NCBI GenBank assembly: GCA_043806595.1
Contig: JAZDGU010000045.1
Span: 1-11,421, forward strand
DNA: 11,421 nucleotides
Reading direction: 5' to 3'
Source of the DNA: Candidatus Micrarchaeota archaeon
Lineage (GTDB): Archaea > Micrarchaeota > Micrarchaeia > Norongarragalinales > SBBD01
Below, piece after piece: positions 1 to 6,131 of this stretch; position 1 is the first letter of the stretch, and every line of letters begins with the position of its first letter. The notes below the pieces were generated by a model. That model made no database searches. It saw only the letters and a program-made list of their open reading frames with translations, and was not told where the DNA came from. The position numbers were made by a program, and so were the translations under genes.

Positions 1-1
1 A

Positions 2-75
2 TGCCGCTGGTGTGATTTGAACACACGACGTACCGGTCTTCAGCCGGACGCTCTCCCAGGCTGAGCTACAGCGGC
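2..75 (-). tRNA. tRNA-Phe(GAA), intronless, CCA not encoded
   Basis: The reverse complement GCCGCTGTAGCTCAGCCTGGGAGAGCGTCCGGCTGAAGACCGGTACGTCGTGTGTTCAAATCACACCAGCGGCA folds as a cloverleaf: acceptor GCCGCTG/CAGCGGC, D-stem GCTC/GAGC, anticodon loop CT-GAA-GA, T-arm GTGTG-TTCAAAT-CACAC, discriminator A. Confidence 0.97.
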
Positions 76-100
76 GCGGAATATTGTTTGGTCGGCTCTG

Positions 101-110
101 TTTTTTAAAC
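101..110 (-). promoter_or_regulatory. Putative archaeal TATA box for tRNA-Phe
   Basis: GTTTAAAAAA on the minus strand, about 26-35 nt upstream of the tRNA 5' end, in an otherwise GC-rich context. Confidence 0.6.
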
Positions 111-170
111 GCAGGGGGAAGGCGCGCGCGGCGGAGCGGAAACCGGGATTTTACATTGAGAGGGAGAACG

Positions 171-185
171 ATAAGGTTTTTTAAG
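171..185 (+). promoter_or_regulatory. Putative BRE/TATA promoter of the pilin-like gene cluster
   Basis: ATAAGGTTTTTTAAG lies upstream of a Shine-Dalgarno GGAGGTG (218-224) and the ATG at 233. Confidence 0.55.
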
Positions 186-232
186 CCCCCGACATTCATA
201 CGTGCACAGCGTTCAAAGGAGGTGTGTCTTCC

Positions 233-769
233 ATGGCTTTCAGGGCAAGGCGCGGTCAGGCTTTCGAGACGATGATGCTCGTCATTAGCGTCATAGTCGC
301 TCTCGCGATTCTCGGCGTGCTGTTGAACATCCTCGGCGTCGTCGGCGGGGGCAGCATCGGCAGCGACCCCAAGTCCGTCATGGAGGACAACATCCGCGCG
401 TTGCAGTCAAAGGGCTTCGGCATGTCGCCGCCGAAGAAAGTCACGTTCTCGGAGGAGACCTACATCTTCAAGAAGGATCTCACCGGCTCCCTGCCGATTA
501 CCGATACCATGATTAAATTTATGTGCGCGAGCGCGTCAGATCCGGTTTGCAAAACGTCAGGCACGGACGGGCCTGTCATAATCGAGGGAGGCCACCCGAA
601 CGAGGTGCTTCACACTAAAAAGAAGATAGATGTGCTTCTGGTGACCTGCGCCAATGAGGACAGCGGATTGGCATGGAAATACTGCGTTGTCATCGGCGCA
701 CCCGGCAAGGAAAGCGATGCGACGACAATGTGCAAGCATCCCACGGACGGCTGCAAATTGACTGGCTAG
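233..769 (+). CDS. Class III signal peptide (type IV pilin-like) protein, 6 Cys
   Basis: MAFRARRG|QAFETMMLVISVIVALAILGVLL shows a short basic leader ending in G followed by a hydrophobic helix. SD GGAGGTG 8 nt before ATG 233 favours this start over GTG 224. Confidence 0.8.
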   Translation: MAFRARRGQAFETMMLVISVIVALAILGVLLNILGVVGGGSIGSDPKSVMEDNIRALQSKGFGMSPPKKVTFSEETYIFKKDLTGSLPITDTMIKFMCASASDPVCKTSGTDGPVIIEGGHPNEVLHTKKKIDVLLVTCANEDSGLAWKYCVVIGAPGKESDATTMCKHPTDGCKLTG

Positions 770-779
770 GGCTTTTCAC

Positions 780-965
780 ATGGCGCGCTTGAAGGGTTCG
801 ACGGAGTGGACGCCCATATACATGCTGGTGGTGCTGGTGATAGCCGCCATCCTCATCATCACACTAATCAAGCCCATCATCCGCGCGGGCGGCGATGCTG
901 CGAGCCAGAACCTCGAGGACAGCCGCACGCTCGCGCAGTCCGCGCTGTTCCTCCTCGGGCGCTGA
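780..965 (+). CDS. Small class III signal peptide (pilin-like) protein, 61 aa
   Basis: MARLKG|STEWTPIYMLVVLVIAAILIITLIKPII has a basic leader, G and a hydrophobic helix. It starts 10 bp after the previous gene on the same strand. Confidence 0.75.
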   Translation: MARLKGSTEWTPIYMLVVLVIAAILIITLIKPIIRAGGDAASQNLEDSRTLAQSALFLLGR

Positions 966-974
966 AGCCCATTC

Positions 975-984
975 TTTTTTTAAG
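975..984 (+). promoter_or_regulatory. T-tract/TATA-like element (terminator of the upstream gene and/or promoter of the gene at 1009)
   Basis: TTTTTTTAAG lies 10 nt after the stop at 965 and about 25 nt before ATG 1009, a spacing compatible with a leaderless transcript. Confidence 0.5.
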
Positions 985-1008
985 CACCCGCTGCCTTAGG
1001 GTAACCGT

Positions 1009-1728
1009 ATGCGGATCCGGGTGAGGGGACAGGAGGCGCCGATCGAGCTCGTCATCGGCATCATCATACTCCTGGCGAGCATGGGCATCGCGCTTGCCGT
1101 CATGGGCAACGCCAGCAAGACCCGCTGCGTCTCCGAACTCCGCGGGCAGATCGACACCCTCAAGCTCGCCATGCAGGACCTCTCCATCCAGTCCCCGCCT
1201 TCCATGAGGAAAGTCTTTTTCACGATGCCGAGCTGCGGCGGGGATTCCGTCGACGTCATCCGATTCGTGTACTACAACAGGGAAATCAACTGCCGCGCCT
1301 GCCCCGGCCACTATTCCTCGTGCTGGAAGATCGAGCCCTACAGCTACGAGACGAGTACGCAAAAGTACCTGCAGTCGGCGACGCTCATCCAGACCGAGGC
1401 GTGCATCGACCTCGCCGGCGCGATAACCCTAATTGACGAGAATAGTGCTGGGAATAATGCCTGCATGCCTCTTTCAGACTCCCCGTGCATAACCCCTGGT
1501 TGCACCGCCGACCAGGCGGGCCTGGTTGACGCGCTCATGCCTTCCGGCCGCGTAGCCTCCTACCGCACCTTCGGAAGGTTCGATTCGGACGGCAATCCGA
1601 CTTCCCGCAAATTCGAGATCACGCTCCGCAAGACCGTCGTTGCCGGCGGAGGCGCGTGCGATGGCTCGGAGTGCGGGGCGATTTTGATCTGCGTCAAGCC
1701 GTGCGGAGTAGCTGGCGCGCAGTGCTAG
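1009..1728 (+). CDS. Class III signal peptide (minor pilin-like) Cys-rich protein, 239 aa
   Basis: N-terminus MRIRVRG|QEAPIELVIGIIILLASMGIAL. The extracellular part has 14 Cys. Confidence 0.8.
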   Translation: MRIRVRGQEAPIELVIGIIILLASMGIALAVMGNASKTRCVSELRGQIDTLKLAMQDLSIQSPPSMRKVFFTMPSCGGDSVDVIRFVYYNREINCRACPGHYSSCWKIEPYSYETSTQKYLQSATLIQTEACIDLAGAITLIDENSAGNNACMPLSDSPCITPGCTADQAGLVDALMPSGRVASYRTFGRFDSDGNPTSRKFEITLRKTVVAGGGACDGSECGAILICVKPCGVAGAQC

Positions 1729-2816
1729 CCCGAGGCGGCTTCCACGAGCTTCCTCGCCTTCTCCAGCTTGGCATTCTTTTTGTGCTGGTGTTCCTTGAGG
1801 TAGTCCTTGATCTTTTCTATCCTCAGGTTCTTGCACTCTCCGCACAGGATCTTGCCGGAGGTGCACTCGTCGTGCATCCTCTTCAGCTCGCGGTCGTCGG
1901 CGTAGAAGTGGAACTGCATGAGCTCGTAGACCACGCACTTCCCTATCAGCCCGCCCTTCTTCCGCTGTTCTTCGGCGGTGTCCCTGCCGCCGGTGAGCGC
2001 GTTCCTCACCTTCTTCGTGGCATCATCGGGGGAGTCGGTCAGGGAGATCACGTTCATCGGGTCGCGCTTGCTCATCTTGGTCTCGCCGTTGAGCGCGCGG
2101 AAGAACTTGTGGAACGTCGCCGCAGGAGGCGTGAAGCCTTCCGCGGAGAACTTCTGGGCGATGTCGCGCGTGAGGCGGATGTGCGGGTCCTGGTCGGCGC
2201 CGACGGGCACGAGCACGGCCTCGGCGCCTTCCTCCTTGAGCATCGGGTATAGGATGTCGCCGGCCTGGGTCAGCACCGCCGTGTAAAGCCCGAGGTTCTG
2301 GTGGCCGTAGAGGGATTCGAGGGTGGAAATCGTGACGTGCTTGGAGAAGATGTGCGCCAGCCGGAGCACTTTCGCGTTGGCGGACTGCTTGTAGATTACG
2401 GCGTTCCTCTCGTCCAGCCCGAGCGCGAGAAGGTCGGCGACGTTGTCCACGGCGATCTCGTGGCCCTGTTCCAACGACAGCCCGTTGTCGGCGTATGCCT
2501 CCAAATCCGCGATGCAGTAGTAGGCCTTGGCCTTGAAGTGCCTCTGGAAGAATATGATTTCCTCGGCGGTCAGCTTGCTCCCGAGGTGGAATGAGTTCGA
2601 GGGCTTTATCCCGCTGAGCACGGCGACTGGCCTGCCCTCGTCGGCCTTCTTAGCGAACCTGTCGAGGTCGCGGTGGGCAAAGATCAGCCCGCGGCGGAAG
2701 CTCGCGGATTCCTTGAACCTCTCGCGCATTGCCGGGGTGACCTTCTGGAGGCCGAACCCTTCGAAGAGCTTGTCGTAGTCGACGAGCTCGTTGCCCCACG
2801 GGTTCACTTCACGCAT
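1725..2816 (-). CDS. trpS: Tryptophanyl-tRNA synthetase (archaeal type)
   Basis: VNPW...DYDKLFEGFG N-terminus, HRD motif, GIKPS..FHLGS (HIGH-like), PVGADQDPHIRLTRD, KMSKR (KMSKS-like), ALTGGRDT.EEQR..GG and a C-terminal Cys cluster. ATG 2816 is preceded by SD-like GAGTGA. Confidence 0.97.
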   Translation of the reverse strand: MREVNPWGNELVDYDKLFEGFGLQKVTPAMRERFKESASFRRGLIFAHRDLDRFAKKADEGRPVAVLSGIKPSNSFHLGSKLTAEEIIFFQRHFKAKAYYCIADLEAYADNGLSLEQGHEIAVDNVADLLALGLDERNAVIYKQSANAKVLRLAHIFSKHVTISTLESLYGHQNLGLYTAVLTQAGDILYPMLKEEGAEAVLVPVGADQDPHIRLTRDIAQKFSAEGFTPPAATFHKFFRALNGETKMSKRDPMNVISLTDSPDDATKKVRNALTGGRDTAEEQRKKGGLIGKCVVYELMQFHFYADDRELKRMHDECTSGKILCGECKNLRIEKIKDYLKEHQHKKNAKLEKARKLVEAASG

Positions 2817-2870
2817 TTTCAATCACTCGTTTTGTTGGGCATGCGGGGGGTTTTAAGGCGCTCGCTTTCG

Positions 2871-3389
2871 TCAGTTGCGGAGCTGCTTCATCCAGCCGTC
2901 GACGCCCTCCACGAAGAACTTGTAGGAGTTGTCCTTGGTCTTGGCCACGAGCACGCCCGAGAACCCGGTGCCGACCTTCCTGCCATCCTGCATGACCGTT
3001 CCCTTGAGCGCGAGGACTATCGACTGCCTTGGCAGGGACACTCCGCCGCTTGGCTCGTCGGCGTCGAATAGCACGCGCGTCCTCGTCAGCAGGAGCCTGC
3101 CCTTGACGTCCCAGCCGGGGTTGCCCCGGTCGAGCACGTCGTCCTCCTCGCCGGGGTAGTAGTGCGCCCGCGAGTCCATGAGAACGTCCTCCTTGAGCCT
3201 CTCCCCGAAGTTTTGCGCCCTGAACTTATTCCTCTCGCGCAGGTCGAGCGCCATGAACATGACGAACAGCACGATCTCGAGGTAGAGCAGGTCGAGGGCC
3301 TTTCCGTTGATGACGAACCCCGAGGCGAGGGTGGCGAGCGCCAGCGCGCAAAACGCGGCTACGATTTTCTGCGTCCTCCCCAACTCCAT
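2871..3389 (-). CDS. Hypothetical membrane protein (2 N-terminal TM helices) with a putative PH-like/GRAM-like C-terminal domain
   Basis: Two hydrophobic stretches, then VKGRLLLTRTRVLFDA, which resembles the G-x-L-x-L-T-x-x-R-h-h-F PH/GRAM signature, then beta-strands and a terminal W-containing helix (VDGWMKQL). TTTTAAA is on the minus strand about 20-27 nt upstream. Confidence 0.7.
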   Translation of the reverse strand: MELGRTQKIVAAFCALALATLASGFVINGKALDLLYLEIVLFVMFMALDLRERNKFRAQNFGERLKEDVLMDSRAHYYPGEEDDVLDRGNPGWDVKGRLLLTRTRVLFDADEPSGGVSLPRQSIVLALKGTVMQDGRKVGTGFSGVLVAKTKDNSYKFFVEGVDGWMKQLRN

Positions 3390-3404
3390 CTTGGCCGCCT
3401 TGGA

Positions 3405-3440
3405 AAGCTTTAAAAGTTTACTCAGCCCAGTTATAAAAGT
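3405..3440. promoter_or_regulatory. Divergent promoter region with two TATA-like boxes
   Basis: The AT-rich spacer between the divergent genes contains CTTTAAAAG (about 3408-3416) and TTATAAAA (3431-3438). Confidence 0.55.
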
Positions 3441-3484
3441 ATCACTTATTCTGGAAATCGCAAGGATTACATTGGTGCATTAGC

Positions 3485-3877
3485 ATGAAGTTGGTTGTGA
3501 ACGACGTGAAGGCCGCGAAGAGCCTCCAGCGGGAGGTCCCCGAGGACAAGGCCGCCGCCTTCTACGGGAAGAAGATAGGCGACCGGTTCGAGGGCGGGCT
3601 CGTGGGCCTGCCGGGCTTCAAGCTGGAGGTCACCGGCGGGAGCGACAAGGACGGCTTCCCGATGAGGCCGGAGGTTCCCGGCTCGGCGCGCAAGAAGCTC
3701 ATCCTCTCCAACCGCCCGGGCCTGCACGTGAAGCGCAAGGGAGAGCGCAGGGTCAAGGCCGTCGTGGGCAACACGCTTTCCGCGCGAACCGCGCAGCTGA
3801 ACGCGAAGGTCGTCGAGTACGGCGCCCAGCCGCTTGCGGAGCTCGGCCCGTGGCTGGCGAAGGAGAAGAAGGCCTGA
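3485..3877 (+). CDS. rps6e: 30S ribosomal protein S6e (eS6)
   Basis: GKKIGD, GLPGFKLEVTGGSDKDGFPMRP and GERR..AVVGN..S...AQLN match archaeal S6e motifs. Length 130 aa. Confidence 0.97.
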   Translation: MKLVVNDVKAAKSLQREVPEDKAAAFYGKKIGDRFEGGLVGLPGFKLEVTGGSDKDGFPMRPEVPGSARKKLILSNRPGLHVKRKGERRVKAVVGNTLSARTAQLNAKVVEYGAQPLAELGPWLAKEKKA

Positions 3878-3958
3878 GCCGCAACCGATATATACCTTGA
3901 ACCCCCAAGCTCTAGCCTTGGGAATCCCCCTGCGGCCGGAGGCTTTCATGGGATTGGC

Positions 3959-4777
3959 TTGCAGGAATGGCTTGCGCACCTCGCGCTTTTAGACTTCCCG
4001 TTCGCCGGGGCGCTCGCACCGGGGTTGCGGCCCTGCCTCCGCCACGCCGGCCTTGCCATTTCAGCTGAGGATTATGTGTCCTCATGCTTTTCCGTTTCCC
4101 TGTTCGCCGCGGCGTGCGCCTTCCCGGCATTCCTGCTCCTTGACTTTTCGCCGATGCAGTCCTCCCTTCTCGCCCTTGCCTCCTCCTTCTCGGCGCTCGT
4201 CCTCATGCTCCTTCTTCCCTCTTACCTCGGGCAGAAGCGCGCCGTGAAAGCCGAGCGCGAGTTGGGCCCCCTGCTCCGCCAGCTTTCCGTCGAGCTCGAG
4301 TTCATGCCATTTGAGCGGGCGCTCGCCGACGCCTCCCGCGGAGGCGGCCTGCTCGCGCTGGAATTCGGCCGCGCGCTGGCGGAGGTCCGCCGTGGGGCAT
4401 CGGGCGTCCCCTCGGCACTCACGCGCATCCGCGACCGCTTCAACTCGCCGGCGCTTGAGCGCGCGCTTTCCCAGCTTTGCGTGATATACTCGGACGGCGC
4501 GGGCGCGGAGGGCCTGCGCAGGCAGGCGGACGAGCTCGCCGCGCTCCAGCGCAACCGCCTGCGTAGGTTCTCCTCCAAGCTCTCGCTCGTCGGCCTCGTG
4601 TTCATCGCCGTGAGCTGCATCGTACCGGCGCTGTTTGCCGCATACTGCATCATCGGCGGACAGTTCCTTGCCTTCTCGATGTCCTCCGAACAGCTTTTAT
4701 TCGCCTATGCGGTAGTGTTTCCCGCGGCGGACGCCGCGCTGCTGCTGTACGTGTACGAGAAGACTCCGAAGGGTTGA
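3959..4777 (+). CDS. Type II secretion system F family / TadC-FlaJ-like pilus assembly platform membrane protein (start uncertain)
   Basis: LRHAGLAISAEDY, two TM helices, ERELGPLLRQLSVEL..MPFERAL, LALEFGRALAEVRRG..VPSAL..I.DRFNS..L.R and ...LRRFSSKL followed by C-terminal TMs form a typical T2SSF domain layout. Confidence 0.85.
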   Translation: MQEWLAHLALLDFPFAGALAPGLRPCLRHAGLAISAEDYVSSCFSVSLFAAACAFPAFLLLDFSPMQSSLLALASSFSALVLMLLLPSYLGQKRAVKAERELGPLLRQLSVELEFMPFERALADASRGGGLLALEFGRALAEVRRGASGVPSALTRIRDRFNSPALERALSQLCVIYSDGAGAEGLRRQADELAALQRNRLRRFSSKLSLVGLVFIAVSCIVPALFAAYCIIGGQFLAFSMSSEQLLFAYAVVFPAADAALLLYVYEKTPKG

Positions 4778-4784
4778 ATGCAGA

Positions 4785-5639
4785 ATGGCCTTTTCCGACT
4801 GGCTGCGGCTCGCGCGCATCGAGCACTCCTTCATGGTGGCAATCGCGGTCGTCGCCGCGGAGGCCGTCGCCGCCAAGTCTGCGGGCCTGCCCTTCGACCC
4901 GCTTTCCGTCCGCGCGCTGTTTCCCGCATTGGGCCCGTTCCTCATCACCGCAGCGGCGTTTGTCCTCAACGACTGGTTCGGCGTCAAGACCGACAAGGCC
5001 AACCGCCGGAAGGACCGCCCCCTCGTTTCGGGAAAAATCCTGCGCACGGACGCCCTCAAGGCTGCGGTTTTCCTCTATGCGCTGGGTTTGCTTCTCGCCT
5101 TCTACGCCGGCGCCGCGGCTTTCGCCATCGCGCTCGCCTACGCCGCGCTCTCCCTCGCCTACGACCCGTTTTTGAAGAAAATGCCGCTCGCGGGCAACGT
5201 CTTCATCGCCTCGAGCATGGCGATTTCCTTCCTCTACGGAAATTTCGCCGTCGTTCCCCAGGTCACCGAATTCGTGTGGCTCTTTGTCGGCATCTCGTTC
5301 TTCGCCGGAGTCGGCCGCGAGCTGCTCATCACCCTGCGGGACGTGAAGGGCGACAGGAAAATCCGTGCGACGACCCTCCCCATGCTCATCGGCCCCCGCG
5401 CGACCGCAGCCCTCTCCATTTCCCTATTCGCGTGGGCGATGGTGCTCAGCTGGGTCCCGCTTTACCGCGGCGCGGGCGCCGCCTACCTGCTCTGCGTGCT
5501 CCTGAACAACGCGCTCGTGCTGACCGTCATGTTCGCGGTCTCGCGCTCGACTTCGCCGGCGGTGCTCAAGAAGGCGCGCGACCTGACGCTTGCGGCGCTC
5601 GTGCTCGGCATCCTCGCGTTCGCGTCGCTGGCGCTCTGA
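4785..5639 (+). CDS. UbiA-family prenyltransferase, most similar to digeranylgeranylglyceryl phosphate (DGGGP) synthase
   Basis: WLRLAR, NDWFGVKTDKANRRKDRPLVSG, YDPFLKKMPLAGN, FLYG and GRELLITLRDVKGD...TTLP, with multiple TM helices. Confidence 0.9.
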   Translation: MAFSDWLRLARIEHSFMVAIAVVAAEAVAAKSAGLPFDPLSVRALFPALGPFLITAAAFVLNDWFGVKTDKANRRKDRPLVSGKILRTDALKAAVFLYALGLLLAFYAGAAAFAIALAYAALSLAYDPFLKKMPLAGNVFIASSMAISFLYGNFAVVPQVTEFVWLFVGISFFAGVGRELLITLRDVKGDRKIRATTLPMLIGPRATAALSISLFAWAMVLSWVPLYRGAGAAYLLCVLLNNALVLTVMFAVSRSTSPAVLKKARDLTLAALVLGILAFASLAL

Positions 5640-5653
5640 GGCGTTCCGCAGTC

Positions 5654-5668
5654 AAAACCTTTTTTAAG
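5654..5668 (+). promoter_or_regulatory. Putative BRE/TATA promoter of aIF5A
   Basis: AAAACCTTTTTTAAG lies upstream of SD-like GGGGTGTGA and ATG 5730. Confidence 0.55.
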
Positions 5669-5729
5669 GCTGGCGGGCAAAAAAAATCCGAATGCTCCGA
5701 ATGCTATTTCCGAGGGGTGTGATGGGCTT

Positions 5730-6128
5730 ATGGTGGAAAAGATTTACGCGACGATGGGCGACCTGAAGATCGGCAAGTACGTAATCATCGACGATTCGGC
5801 ATGCCGCGTCGTCAGCATCGACAAGAGCAAGCCGGGCAAGCACGGCGCCGCCAAGATGAACGTCGTCGCCATAGGCATATTCGACGACGTAAAGCGCACT
5901 CTGATGAAGCCCAGCGATGCGGACGTGGAAATCCCCATCATCGAGCGCAGGCGCGCGCAGATTGTGGCAGTGACGGGCACTTCCGCCCAGCTGATGGACC
6001 TGCAGTCTTACGAGACGTTCGAGGTCGAGGTCCCCGAGGACATGCGCGCGGAAGTCGAGGCGGGCAGGGAGCTCGAGTACATGGAGGCGATGGGCAGGAA
6101 ACTGCTGACGCGCGTGCGCGGGGAATAG
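5730..6128 (+). CDS. eif5a: Translation factor aIF5A (eIF5A homolog)
   Basis: Hypusine loop SKPGKHGAAK, LKIGKYVIIDD..CRV and AQLMDLQSYETFE. Length 132 aa. Confidence 0.97.
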   Translation: MVEKIYATMGDLKIGKYVIIDDSACRVVSIDKSKPGKHGAAKMNVVAIGIFDDVKRTLMKPSDADVEIPIIERRRAQIVAVTGTSAQLMDLQSYETFEVEVPEDMRAEVEAGRELEYMEAMGRKLLTRVRGE

Positions 6129-6131
6129 CGC

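Noticed and set aside
30..50. U.U mismatch at the top of the tRNA-Phe anticodon stem (27:43)
   Set aside because: Mismatches at this pair are commonly tolerated, and the rest of the tRNA is canonical.
1725..1728. Convergent stop codons sharing the palindrome CTAG
   Set aside because: This is a common compact-genome overlap with no evidence of a special function.
3920..3956. Possible hairpin/ncRNA between rps6e and the T2SSF gene (AATCCC...GGGATT)
   Set aside because: The stem is only 6 bp with weak interior pairing, which is expected by chance.
4778..5722. 314-aa Arg-rich ORF and similar long alternative-frame ORFs (e.g. 8770..10020, 8543..9268, 1656..2252)
   Set aside because: They have Arg/Pro/Ala-rich shadow composition typical of high-GC DNA and fully overlap well-supported genes.
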